Positions 1-12,150 of a stretch of 64,000 nt of DNA are shown piece by piece; positions within the stretch are counted from its first letter, which is position 1, and the number at the start of each line of letters is the position of its first letter. This DNA comes from Camelus ferus (Eukaryota): NCBI RefSeq assembly GCF_009834535.1, contig NC_045696.1, positions 120,530,001-120,594,000 on the forward strand, written 5' to 3'. A program made the position numbers and the translations under genes. Below the pieces are notes generated by a model that was not told the DNA's origin, ran no database searches, and worked only from the letters and a program-made list of their open reading frames with translations.

Positions 1-410
1 CTTCTTTGCTCTAAAGAAGTAAAATGTAAGGGAAATGAAAATTACCTGATTCCACTTGGCTCAGTTCTCCAATGTGTTTATAAATCACCCTCAGAGAATA
101 AGTTAGCAGTGGCTTCCCCTCTCTTAAGGCTTTGACTTCTGCTGGCGACGCTTACGGAGCTCAAGAAATGCCAGGTCCTGGGTAGGATCAGGGGACGAAA
201 TAAAGGGCAGGGTTCACGTCTCCAAGGAGGCTGTGTTCTGGCTGGAGAGACGGGGAAGTCAGACAGTGAGGCTGCAGTGTGCTTAGTTCAGAACTAAGAA
301 GTAAGGGGTTTGGGTTGGGGGGCAAGACACTTCAAAGAAGACTGTTAAAGATAAAAATATGGATGAAAAATGTCTTCGTGTTGGAATCAGTTTAAAAACA
401 CATAGCATGT

Positions 411-560
411 GGGGAGAGAGTATAGCTCAGGGGTAGAACGTGTGCTTAGCATGCACGAGGTCCTGGGTTCAATCCCCAGCACCTCCATTAAACACATAAA
501 TACGTAAATAAATAAACCTAATTACCCCTCCATGCCCCACCCAAAAAAAAAGTAGAAATA
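411..560 (+). mobile_element. tRNA-Ala-derived camelid SINE (vic-1 type)
   Basis: A box tagctcaggggtag, B box ggttcaatcc, then (taaa)n, aacctaattacc and A-rich tail. Confidence 0.85.
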
Positions 561-628
561 AAAACACATTAAGATGTAGTTCTTCAATTTTAGTAACCAT
601 TTCATTTTGCTTGTCTAACCTCCTTTAG

Positions 629-691
629 GGTGAGGAGGGCGACCCTGGCGGTCCAGGAGAAACGGGACCCAAGGGAGCTGGAGGCAAGACG
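629..691 (+). CDS. COL6A6: COL6A6 collagen-helix exon (GEEGDPGGPGETGPKGAGGKT), 63 nt, phase 0/0; gene begins upstream of the window
   Basis: tcctttag acceptor and gtaagc donor; perfect Gly-X-Y; joins in frame to the next exon. Confidence 0.93.
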
Positions 692-2344
692 GTAAGCTTC
701 TTGGACAGCAAAGCCTCCACCCGCAGCTGTTTTTTCCCGTTTTACAGGCGTTTGTCACTTGATCCCAGAGACATGTAAAGCGTGTGTTTTCTGTTAAGGC
801 AAACTTGGGGAAGGGAGATGGGTATTTTTCCCATCCTCACGGCCAGCAATAAAGTAGTGAACTGTTAGCTCTGAGCCAACAAGGCCACCTGTCCTGGCTA
901 CCACGGTGCCACTCTCAGCCCTGGGGATACGTGTGTGTGCAGGTGTTTCATAGGGAAGCCTTGTGGCCCAGGACAGTTTTTGCGCCACAGAATACGGTCG
1001 GTTTAATCCCGTCCCCGGGCAGAACTCGTGTAACTTAATGCCTCCTGGTGCCACGTCTTCTCTGTTACGGTCTGGACAGACTGTAACGAGGTGGTCCTCT
1101 CCCCATTTAGTTCAAGAAAGGACCTCCTGAGCTCTGCGAGAAAGTTTGCATTAAGCATGTGACTGAATGTGCCCTTGGGATTCCCTGGGGGACCTTGGAC
1201 AGTGCCTGATGCTCTGGACCACTCAGTAACCACCCGTGTCGCGAACTTGCCTTGGCTTCCTGTGCGCTAAGGACGGATCCTTGCTCTGCTGACTCCTTAT
1301 ACGCCATCAACTGTGCAAAACTGAGGTGGCTGCTTTATAAGAGACGCAATCTTAGCACCGTCATCTCCCAAGACATCCTTTGTCTCTTTTCTTCCAAGCG
1401 GCATCCATCAGGTGAACTGATCTTGGTACCACGTCAATCAGCGGGGAAAGAAAAACACAAAGTCTGATAAAAACTGACACTGGAGGTGGTTTTTCAGTTT
1501 TGTCACCAGAGTTAATTTTACTCTGATCTGTTTTTTTTTTTCCCCTGCAAAGTATAACAAAAACTTTATGTGAAGAGATGATTTATGTAGGTTTTAGGGG
1601 TGCAGAACAGAGAAACTTCCCTTTCCCTCCGTCCTGTTTCTCCCAAGGGCACTGCTTCCCAGCTGGAATTCTTTCACTCACACGTATTTTTGGATCACTA
1701 TCCTTTAACATTTTGCTCTTTAAAAAAACAGATGAAGACCGATATAATTGGGAAAATAATTGGAAAAGGCTTTTGGCATTGAAATATCTCTGGATCCTTC
1801 CCCTGGACTTGTTCATGAAGTCGCTACCCTTGAGCATCAGAGACATGCTGACAAGTCCAGCCTTTTCTTGGGTTCCCTCCCTGCCATACGGCACATTCAT
1901 CGTCTTTGAAAAACAGTAAACTAATGGGAAATAGATAATCTTTCTCTCTTGGCCTTTGGTAATGAATTTTTTTCCCCCACATTGGACAACTTTTCACTCA
2001 TTTTACCTGCCAAGCTGCTTTTTTCTCCACCTCTGGGAGGATTTTTGAATTTGAAGCTGAAACCCTGAAAACATCCAGGTTTTCCCTCTGAAAGAATGGA
2101 CGCTCCTGTAGGAAGGTTCTGGTGACAAAGCTCTGAGTGCCTCCATAGCTCTTTTGGAATGATTACATTCCTACTTCAGTGTTCTCAGTCTTCACCTTGG
2201 CATTTTTTCCTCCCATCTGAAGCTTTTTTTTTTTTTTTTTTTTTTAATTTGGCATGGTTTTTAACCAGTCTTGTTTTGGGTATACAGGTATGTTTGTATG
2301 TGTCTGTACTTTTTATCAGCTTTACACGTGCACATACTTCAAGG

Positions 2345-2587
2345 CAGGGTTCCTCAGACTCCGCACTACTGACGTTCGGGGCTGGATAATTGCAGGGGGA
2401 GGGGCCGTCCTGTGCATTGTAGGATGAAGAGCAGCATCTCTGGTCTCTACCCAGTAGATGTCAGCATCCACCACCCCTCCCCCCCTCCCCCATTATGACA
2501 GCGCAGAATGTCTCCAGACATTGTCAAATGTCCCCGCAGGAGTGGGGGACAGGGGACACAAAATCCCCTCTGGTTAAGGACCCCTGG
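2345..2587. mobile_element. MER20-like hAT MITE
   Basis: recognisable motifs gtcctgtgcattgtaggatg and aatgtctccagacattgtcaaatgtcccc. Confidence 0.75.
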
Positions 2588-2721
2588 TTTAAAGAGTCAA
2601 GTAATTGCATAAGGTTTGTTACAGAAAAAATATTAATCCCTCTGCCATAGACCTCCTATTTCTCTAAAGGTTGTCTTTTTGCTCTACCTTCTGGGAGATT
2701 TCTTTGACTTTGTCATACAAG

Positions 2722-3233
2722 TGTCAACATACATAATCAATAAACAATCAATCATAAGAATAGGAAAGAGTTTTTTTTGAGCCAAACTGAAGACCGGTCC
2801 AGAAGCCCACACTCCCCAGGTGACTCTGAGAAACTGCTCTGGAGAAGCAGGGTTTCCAGCACAGGTTTATATCTTGTCAGAGTAAAGAACCATTAACAAG
2901 TCAGGGGTATATTTCTTCAAGGTTTAGAAGGAAAAAAGAACAGACCAGCACGTATGCAGTGAGTGACAGTGGCCTTGGCACCTGAGAAGAGAGGCTTGGC
3001 ATCAAAGGAGGAGCAGCATTGCCGTCCTGGGAAGAGAGGCATTTAATCTTTATTTTCAACATGAACATTCTTTTCTTCTGGTCCATGTGCCCTTGTCTTT
3101 AATAATTAAAGCAGATGTACAGTGTATGTTTGATAGACCACTGGCTGTTGCAGCCAGCATCAAATTCAAGTGAACTCATCTGTAAGCCCGAATGACTTCC
3201 CTGTCTCTCAGTCTGTGAAAATCTCTCTTATCA
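2722..3233 (-). mobile_element. Solo LTR, ERV1-like
   Basis: TG...CA termini with 4-bp direct repeat caag on both sides; about 510 bp; orientation and class inferred from resemblance to ERV1 LTRs. Confidence 0.7.
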
Positions 3234-3408
3234 CAAGGCTCTTCTCGCATGTTAACTTTCAAGCACTCATTTTTGCTCTCTGAATATTCCTTTTTTATAC
3301 TATCCTATTCTTGTTTCCTGGTTGAAACATCTCTTCTCTCTCTGACGATGTACATTCATATTTTTAAGTCTTCTCTGCTCAATGTAATCCATTTCCTGCA
3401 GTGTGGGA

Positions 3409-3410
<2 letters not shown>

Positions 3411-3460
<50 letters not shown>
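3411..3460. repeat. (TG)n microsatellite, about 25 units
   Basis: direct inspection. Confidence 0.95.
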
Positions 3461-3462
<2 letters not shown>

Positions 3463-4649
3463 TTGCTCTGTCTCGCAGGTCTGGGGACTAAGTTTCCTCT
3501 TTCTACTTGAGAATTGAGGACAAAAAGTCTGCCGGGAAGCCCCGAGGACATGGGTGGGCCTTGGCAAATACAAGCTGCCCTGGGGGGCGATCTGCCTGAG
3601 TACTTAGCCACCTGCCCCTAGCATCTTTAGGTCTGCCCTCTCTGTCTGGTCAGATACCCTGAGAAGATTCTCTCAGTCTTCTGCCTGTGGGTGGAGGTCT
3701 GGGTGCCAGCCTCCCAGCGGGCCTCGCATCTCCTCCACACCTTTGTTCAGTCTCCCGTGCCCTGAGCAGGGCCGCTGGCCTCGGCTCTGCCTGGAGCACC
3801 CTCGCGCAGGCACCTCGGTTTCCCCTCGGTCTTTGGGTAGAAGAAGGGACATTCACCCACCTGTGGAGAATGGGGAGGGGTCTGGGGGATTTCTAAAATG
3901 ATTTTCAGTCAGTCTGCCTTATTTAGCCTCTCCGTTTCACCTCCAATTCTAGAAGCATCTTGGGAGAACATGTTAGAAATCACAGGTTCCTGGCGTTCCT
4001 GCTGTGGGTCTCAGATTCGGCTTTTTTCCAGCTCTGCCGAGTCATGTGATACTTTGACTTGTGCTCTTTCCAGCTTCCCAAGTTTGGTGGCTGTTGTCTC
4101 CTTTCTTATTATCCCCATGCTGGTTTTTTTGTTTTTTTGTTTTTGTTTTTGTTTTTTTGCCTTAAAAAAAATCTTACTAGTAATTTAGTGAGACACTGGG
4201 AAGGGAGCAAAAGTGAATACATATATTCAGTCTGTCATTTTTTTCCCTGGAGGCTAATCTATACCTTCTAAATAAAATATGATCAGTACAGTGGTTGGGT
4301 TTTTTTCCCCCACTTAACCCAGCGTGCTGTGAATATCGCTGGAGTGCCCAGAGGACATTGATAATTATTTGCCGTTCTGTGGGCAACCTTCTTAAAAATT
4401 AAGCTGATTTTAGACAGCTTGGTTCTTTATTCCTATGAAAGTTATAAATCTCATGACCTTTTGAATGAACAGAAAAACATTGTCCTACTTCTTAAACTAA
4501 ACTGTGGCTTTCTTGATGAGAAATTGCATTGTTGACAGCACATGCATGCGATAAATAGTCAACCATTGTTTTTATTTTCTGCTGTTTTTCCCCATTTCCA
4601 GCCAGCTCTTAAATGTTTTCTTGTTGTTGTTGTTTCAACGGTTTCTACG

Positions 4650-4767
4650 TTTAGGTTTATTTATTTTTATTTATTTATATATTTATTTAACGGAGGGACT
4701 GGGGACTGAACCCAGGACCTTGTGCATGCTAAGCGCGCACTCTACCACTGAGGTATACGCTCCCCCC
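4650..4767 (-). mobile_element. vic-1-type SINE
   Basis: reverse complement of the tRNA-like head plus (ttta)n tail. Confidence 0.85.
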
Positions 4768-4855
4768 TTATATTTAAATTTTTATTTTTCTGGGGTTTTT
4801 TTTTTTTTTTCATCTGTTTGTTTTTCAGTGTGGTCACCTAGTAAATGTAGATACT

Positions 4856-4994
4856 TATTTGTTTGGGGTTTTTTTGGGGGGGGGATTAGGTTTATTTATT
4901 TTATTTATTTATTTTGATGGAGGCACTGGGCACTGAACCCAGGACTTCGTGCTTGCTAAGCACGCACTGTACCACTGAGCTATACGCTCCCCCC
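4856..4994 (-). mobile_element. vic-1-type SINE
   Basis: same head and tail; flanked by aaatgtagata/aaatatagata, a probable TSD. Confidence 0.85.
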
Positions 4995-5564
4995 AAATAT
5001 AGATAAATTTAGATAAAAATTCATTTAGATAAAAATTTCTCCTTTGTCCTAGCAAGCTTCCCTAAGGAAATAACCAGAACCGCACGTATGACTTTGCAGT
5101 GGCATTGCTTATTCAATAACAGAAAACTTAAATGCCAACCGTTAAATAAATCATGATATATCCGTGTCATGGAATACTGCAGCAGCCGTGAAAGGTGATT
5201 TTTACAAAAGAATATTTGGTAACATGAAAATGCCCAGAGATATCTACTTAGTTTAAAAGGCAACAGGAAAAAGTATAATATTGTAAAATATATAGAGATT
5301 AATACCAAAAGGATAAATAAATAAAAGACTAGAAGAAAAGACGCGAAAATGTTAACAAGGATTATTGGGGAGAGAGGCGGAGAAGAGATTCCTGAGGATT
5401 TTTTTTCCTTCTGTGAGCTTCTGAAAAGTGCACAGAAGGAAAAAAGAATCCGCAGCAATTTTCTAAAATGGAAGTATATTACCTTTGAAGCTGAAAACAC
5501 CCACACCCCCACCCACACATACATGTATAAATACGATTTTAAAGTGAATGCATTCTGCTTTGAG

Positions 5565-5627
5565 GTGTCCGCGGGGCTTCCAGGAGAACCGGGATCCCCT
5601 GGGGAGCTGGGACCTCCTGGACGCAAG
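5565..5627 (+). CDS. COL6A6: COL6A6 collagen-helix exon (VSAGLPGEPGSPGELGPPGRK), 63 nt
   Basis: ctttgag acceptor, gtaagt donor; Gly-X-Y resumes after the GKT-VSA interruption; resembles recalled human ISAGLPGEMGSPGEPGPPGRK. Confidence 0.93.
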
Positions 5628-6837
5628 GTAAGTTAAAAAACCATCCATCACATCAGTTCCTTTTCTCAGTGCGCGAAGTCCTCACGATCCATATGCGTGT
5701 GCCTCCTGTGATTGCAGCTTGGCAGTGATTTGCACTATTTTTCCAACTTAATGTGCTCAGAGAGGAGGGGGAAAAATGCCATTTAAACATTGGGTGGTGG
5801 GGGACTTGAGGAAGGAAATGAGAAGCACTAGACTACAGTGGGGCTTCTCAGTGAATGTTCTGTATCTGTCCAAGCCTTGCCCTTTTCTTATTTTAGTAAG
5901 TAGTCGAATGAAAGAGAGAGGGAAAAAAGTGCATAAATAGTGACTAAGTTACTACGTTACATTCACACGGAATTTATTTTCTTCAGGGCATCTTTCCCCC
6001 AAGTGTCTCTGTTTGAGAGTAGCCAGACCCTTCTTGTTCCAAAGAGGGGACTGGATGTATGAAATTAAAACCAGTCCCCCTCTGGTCTTCCTGTCCCCGA
6101 GAGAGATACATATTCATGTTTGGAAGACAACAAGGATTACCTCTCCAGGTGTTAGGTGTGAGTCTGGTCACCTTGTCGGCCAGCTGGTGACGGGAGCAGA
6201 TGAGGGTTCCGCTCCGGGCCACCCGGTGGGCAGGGCAGAGCACTGGGGGGACTTGGAACCTCTGTCTTAAGGAGGGGCAGCCACATCCTTAGCTCCTGGA
6301 CAACCTGCATCATCTAGAGATGCCGCTGGAGGAAAGCGGCCACTGGGGGCTCACTGCTTACAGTTCTTCCCCTTTGAACGTTACTGATCACGAGCTGATG
6401 ACGGGCAGCGTCGGTGTGAACAAGGACCACAGCATCCCCCCGACTTGGGAAGGAGAGGGAGCAGAGGGCAGCGTCCGGCAGAAAGGAAAGGGACCCTCAC
6501 ACCCCGTCACACCCTCACCCGGCCCCACTGAGTGTTCCCTGCTCGGTACTTTCTTTTGTTTTGCATTTTTTTCAATGTACATTCATTTTTTTTTTAAAAA
6601 AACTTGATATAAACAGATGTTTCTTAAGCTAGGTTGTATAAGTTTTTCCCAGCTTCATGGAGGTCAAATTAACCTGTAACTGTATCAGTTTTAAGCATAC
6701 AATGTAATGATTTGCTATTTGGATGTACTGTGAAGTGATGGCCAGGATAAGTTTAATTAACATCCATCACTTGACATAGGTACACTTTTTTTTCTCATGA
6801 GGAGAACTTTTAACAGCTACTCTCTTAGAAACTGGCC

Positions 6838-8365
6838 ATACCTCATTGTAGTTTTGATTTGCATTTCTCTGATAATTAGTGATATTGAGCATTTTTTCAT
6901 GTTCCTATTGATCATTTGTATTTCTTCCTTGGAGAATTGCTTGTTCAGGTCTTTTGCCCATCTTTGGATTGGGTTGTTTGGTTGTTTCTTATTAAGTCGT
7001 AGGAGCTGCTTATATATTCTGGAGATCAAGCCTTTGTCGGTTTCATTTGCAAAGATTTTCTCCCATTCCGTAGGTTGTCTTTTTGTTTTACTTATGGTTT
7101 CCTTTGCTGTGCAGAAGCTTGTAAGTTTCATTAGGTCCCATTTGTTTCTTCTTGCTTTTATTTCTTCTAGGAGAACATTTTTGAGATGTATGTCAGATAA
7201 TGTTTTGCCTATATTTTCCTCTAGGATGTTTATTGTATCTTGTCTTATGTTTAAGTCTTTGATCCACTTTGAGTTGATTTTTGTGTATGGTGTAAGGGAG
7301 TGTTCTAGCTTCACTGCTTTACATGCTGCTGTCCCGTTTTCCCAACACCATTTGCTGAAGAGACTGTCTTTATTCCATTGTTTTTCTTGCCTCCTTTGTC
7401 AAAGATTAGTTGACCAAAAGTTTGTGGGTTCATTTCTGGGCTCTCTATTCTGTTCCATTGGTCTATAGGTCTGTTTTTGTACCAATACCATGCTGTCTTG
7501 ATCACTGTAGCTCTGTAGTAGTGTCTGAAGTCTGGGAGTTATTCCTCCAGCCTCTTTCTTTCTCTTCAGTAATGCTTTGGCAATTCTAGGTCTTTTGTGG
7601 ATCCATATGAATTTTATTATGATTTGTTCTAGTTCTGTGAAATATGTCCTGGGTAATTTGATAGGAATTGCATTAAACCTGTAGATTGCCTTGGGCAGTG
7701 TGACCATTTTAACAATATTGATTCTTCCAATCCAAGAGCATGGGATATATTTCCATTTTTTAAAGTCTTCTTTAATTTCCTTCATCAGTGGTTTATAGTT
7801 TTCTGTATATAATTCTTTCACCTCCTTGGTTAGATTTATTCCCAGATATTTTATTACTTTGGGTGCTATTTTAAAGGGGATTGTTTCTTTACTTTCTTTT
7901 TCTGTTGATTCATCGTTAGTGTAAAGAAATGCAACTGATTTTTGAACGTTAATCTTGTAACCTGCTACCTTGCTGAATTCTTCGATCAGCTCTAGTAGTT
8001 TTTGTGTGGACCTTTTAGGGTTTTCTATATATAGTAACATGTCGTCAGCATATAGTGACACTTCACCTCTTCTTTTCCAATTTGGATCCCTTTTATTTCT
8101 CTCTCTTGCCTGATCGCTGTGGCCAGGACTTCCAAGACTATGTTGAATAGGAGTGGTGGTAGTGGGCAGCCTTGTCTTCTCCCAGATTTTAGTGGGAAGG
8201 TTTTGAGTTTTTCACCGTTGAGTGCTATGCTGGCTGTAGGTTTGTCATATATAGCTTTTATGATGTTGAGATATGTTCCCTCTATACCCACTTTGGCAAG
8301 AGTTTTTATCATAAATGGGTGTTGAATTTTACCAAATGCTTTTTCTGCATCGATTGAGATGATCA
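6838..8365 (-). mobile_element. Relatively young L1 ORF2 internal fragment (RT to C-terminal region), frameshifted
   Basis: ORFs 8025..8312, 7399..8061 (YADD RT motif), 7311..7505 and 6817..7314 translate as L1 ORF2. Confidence 0.95.
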
Positions 8366-8727
8366 GGACCTAATGCAGCGCTGTTAACTGTAGTCCCCAC
8401 GCTGTACGTGATGCCCCTGGAACTAACCCATCTTCTCACTGGAAGTCCGCGCCTCCTGACCCCCCACCCGCTGCTCTCCCTCACACGAGACCCCCTCCCT
8501 TCTCATTGTCACCACCAGCATCTCAGCCCTTCCCACCCCTGAGCACTTCTGTAAAAGGAAAAGAAATAATACTGGGTTATGAGCACCCTACCTAAATCCT
8601 TTTCTGCCTCTAACTTAGAATAAAAACCTTTAGAAGTGACCCTTTTCTTAGGGTAGTTTTCGTGCGCCCTCAGTCTCCTGATGTGTGTGTCTGGAGCAGT
8701 AAAACCACCTTCTTCTTGTTTCCCCAG

Positions 8728-8763
8728 GGTGTCAAGGGGGCCAAAGGATTGGCTTCATTCTCC
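8728..8763 (+). CDS. COL6A6: COL6A6 exon ending the triple helix (GVKGAKGLASFS), 36 nt
   Basis: ttccccag acceptor, gtacgt donor, phase 0/0. Confidence 0.92.
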
Positions 8764-8879
8764 GTACGTATCTGCTGACTCCCAACAGAGCCTGAGCACC
8801 TGTGATGTGGATTTATTTCTCAGCTGCAGGGCCTGGCAGGCTGAGGGTTAATTCTTTCTGTCTTATTTTTCAACTGCAG

Positions 8880-8916
8880 ACGTGTGACCTCATTCAGTAT
8901 GTGCGGGACCACAGCC
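8880..8916 (+). CDS. COL6A6: COL6A6 exon (TCDLIQYVRDHS+C), 37 nt, Cys-containing linker
   Basis: ctgcag acceptor, gtaagt donor, phase 0/1. Confidence 0.92.
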
Positions 8917-9917
8917 GTAAGTACCCCTCTGAAAATGCTCACCTGGGTGGTCCGCCTTCCTTGAAGAAAAGCCGCAAATTCTGCACTCGAAATTGAGACC
9001 ATTTACCAGCCAGTGCCGTAACCTTAGAGATGTCACCGCATAGCTTTTGAGTCAGCGTAGACTGGTGACTATTAACGCCCGGTCTGGGTACCAGCATGTC
9101 TGTTGGAATATGTTCCGTGCACTAAGGGTTAACAGATCTAGGACTTTTCCTCCAGGGAAAGCGGGGACGAGGTCAGCGCTCTCCTGGTGGTGAAATCAAC
9201 CGGTGGAGAGTTGTGTTCAGCTTTTTACAATGATTGTAGGCCCCCGACAGTCACTGATAGGACAGAATTCAGCTGGTTTGAAAGAGCCAGCGTCCCGGGG
9301 CTGTCCCAGTGGGTGGGAGCCCTGACTTCAGTTCACCTTTCCTCCTCCTTCCCTGAGAACCTGGGCTTGCTTGCCTTTACTTAGACTCGTTTGCTTGCGA
9401 AATGGCTCCTTCTGTCTGTCTTGTCTTTCCTCTCTCAACATTTTAAAAGCAAAAAGTCACTGCAATTTGGCAAATGCTCTTTTGAGTTTGCTTTGAGACC
9501 CACCTAGCATCCTCTTCTATCAAAAGGTGTGTTAGCGCCATCAAAGGAACTCCAGGGACAGGGTGAGGAGAGTCAGCTAAGGTTCAGCTACAACGCGTAG
9601 TGACTTCCCAAATCAACAGGAGGACTGAAAAGGATGTCAGAGTCCCCTCAAAGCATTGTGAAGAGAGAGAAATAGACAAATCAGAACCCATTTCTGTAGA
9701 GAACCTTGGTCTCAGAGACACAGACTTGTACAAGCTTTGAATGCAACTTTCCTTTTGTAGGAGAATGGAACCATCCATGATGGGAGTCAAAATATATACA
9801 CTGGGTCGTGAAGATGAGTTGCTTGGGGGCCGGATTAGCGCAGTGGGCTTTCTGACATGGGAGCCCCATGAACTATGCTGATTCACGGGTAGATCCAAGT
9901 GTGTTGAGACCTGAACT

Positions 9918-10055
9918 TTTGTTTTTAATTTTTTTTGGAGGGGATGATTAGGTTCATTTATTTATTTTATTTATTTTAGATGGAGGTATTGGGGACTCAA
10001 ACCTCAGACCTCGTGCATGCTAAGCACGCACTCTACCACAGAAATATACCCTCCC
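9918..10055 (-). mobile_element. vic-1-type SINE
   Basis: same head and tail organisation. Confidence 0.85.
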
Positions 10056-10252
10056 TTCTGATCTTGCAAAATTTAAGGGGTTCAATACAAAAGTATAAAT
10101 CCAGAATTAGGTACAAAATGATTTCAAAATTGTCCTTTAAAACAGGAAAGGGAATCACACCCAGTGACTTCTGCATAGTGTAAAAGCACATGACCACGTG
10201 AACAGGTGTTGGGGTCTTGCGAGGGGGGCCCCTGAGGGTGAGAGGTTGAGCA

Positions 10253-10450
10253 CAGTGCTGCCCAGAACTTTCTGCAGTGATGGAAGTGTCCTCTGCAGGG
10301 TCCAGTATGGTAGCCACTAGCCACTTGTGACTTTGAGTCTTGAAAGGTGGTGAGTGTAACTGAGAAGCTGAATTTGTTGCATTTGATTTTAATTGATTCA
10401 GATGTAAATTGTTGCATAAAGCTGGTAGCTTTTCGTGTTGGACGGCGCAG
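10253..10450. mobile_element. MER3-like hAT MITE
   Basis: agaactttctgcagtgatggaa...tatggtagccactagccac...tgtaactgagaagctgaattt. Confidence 0.7.
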
Positions 10451-10932
10451 TCCTAAAGCTTAAGCTTCATTTGCTTCAGAATAAATCCACGTCTGATGTT
10501 GACACACATACACGCACATAAGCACATACACATACATAAACACATCGATCTGTGTGCACACGGATAATTGGCAGCTAGAGGGATCTCGGTGGGGAAAATT
10601 GAGAGTAGAAAGAGGTTAGCACCTTTCGACTTTACAAATTCTGTGCACCCTCCTGCAACGTAATGTCCCTTCCCTTTGGCTCCGACAGCTGGCTGCACGT
10701 GGCTGATGCAGGGCTGTCCTTCTCCCAGCCTGTTCCCTGTGGGAGGCACTGCGCTTTTACCAAGAGGCTGTACCTGTCTGTACTTCTCCAAACCCCATCT
10801 GCTGCCTTGATTTTTGAGTCAGCTACAAAAAGCCCCCAAGGCAGGGCCTCAGCTGTCACGATTTCCTTAACAGTACAGAATGCTGCTGTCCTCCCAAATA
10901 ATAACCCAGTCTCCTTTGTTTTTCTTCCCCAG

Positions 10933-10944
10933 CCAGCAGACACG
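10933..10944 (+). CDS. COL6A6: COL6A6 12-nt microexon ((P)SRH(G))
   Basis: long pyrimidine tract ctcctttgtttttcttccccag, exon ccagcagacacg, strong gtgagt donor; phase 1/1; supplies the residues matching recalled human SPGRHGKPEC. Confidence 0.85.
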
Positions 10945-11549
10945 GTGAGTAATCTTTATTTACAGCCTCTTATAATCAAGCTCCAAAATGTCAGACATCT
11001 GGAAAGATGGCTTAGCCCCGTGGGTTGCCTGCCAAATTGTATAAATTTTATCTGGACTCTCTGCTGCCTCATACTGGTAGCGCAGACCTGCCTCCAATAA
11101 ATCACTTGAGTTGAAGCTGAGTCTCCCAGCTATTTGTCAACCGAGTGGCTTGATTTTTTTAATTACTCGTATTTTAAGGGCCAATATCACCATTTACCTC
11201 ACCAAGAGAATTTCTGTAATAGTATCTCTCCCCTCTTCCATCTTCTCTCTCTCTTTGTGTGCCGTATTACCTCTGTAGTCCAGTGGTTAGGGATTAAGAT
11301 GCCAAGGGCAAAAGTGTGGAGAAGAAAGGTAAGGATGATCAGACGGCAAGTGAGCTGCACGTGTCACTCAGATAAAATCTCTGGAGCTCATAGCTGATGT
11401 TAATTGCCAAGTTGGGTCAGTATCTCTGTGCGCCAGTTTCCAGGTACGTTACAGACACTCGTTACGTGATGTTTTCGTGTAGACCTGTCATCCCCTACTT
11501 ACACCTTTATACCCTTATACCTTTGGTATCACCCATCAACTCTTGCCCT

Positions 11550-12150
11550 CTGATTACGTGTTCACTCACCCAACAAGTACTGGCGCCTATTAGGTGCCAG
11601 TCTCTGAGATACAGGCGACGCAGGGCTGAATTAGATGGACGTAAACTCTGTGTTCAGAAGCTTCCACTCTAGTGGAGGACCCAGATAATAAACAAAGGAA
11701 GGAATCACAGAATCCCTTAGTTGCTGTGAGAGAAAGAATGAGGTGTTCTGTCACGGAATATAGCTAGGGGAGGGGAGAAATGTCTCTGGGTGTAGGACTC
11801 CTCTTTGAGGTGATAGCATGGAAGTTAGGATGAAGAAGGAAAAGAAGCCAGCTTTGCGAGAGCCAGGCAGGGGGTCCTGTGCGTGCAAAGACAGACCCAG
11901 GGGTCTGCTAGGAGCTGACGGAAGCCCAGTGTGACTGGGACACGGGGAGGAGGGGGAGGCTGGTGTGTGAAGACGGGGAGGAGGAGGAGGCAGGGGCCAG
12001 ACCACGCTGAGCTCTGTGGGTTTAAGAAGGAGGCCGGACGTCATTTAAGTGGGAAGGTACTCCAACGTTTATGGGAAGGATTGAAGGGAAGAACGTGAAC
12101 TGGTGAACAGTTTGTTAACGCTTATTTGGGGGCTGCTGTGGAAGAGGGCT
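11550..12150. mobile_element. Degraded L2 fragment
   Basis: L2 3'-type motifs (ttcactcacccaacaagtactggcgcctattaggtgccag; purine-rich body); boundaries approximate. Confidence 0.5.

Noticed and set aside
411..487. tRNA-Ala(AGC)-like gene, and seven similar copies
   Set aside because: Each is followed by the same AT-rich SINE tail, several have TSDs and the stems are mutated; these are SINE heads, not tRNA genes.
5021..5626. 201-aa minus-strand ORF
   Set aside because: Antisense of a collagen exon plus low-complexity A-rich intron; no recognisable domain or splice context.
6797..7468. 223-aa hydrophobic + strand ORF
   Set aside because: Antisense frame of L1 ORF2, a common artefact.
7399..8312. 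Reverse transcriptase ORFs as part of a novel RT system
   Set aside because: Plain L1 ORF2 with frameshifts, lacking the endonuclease and ORF1; no associated ncRNA or partner gene.
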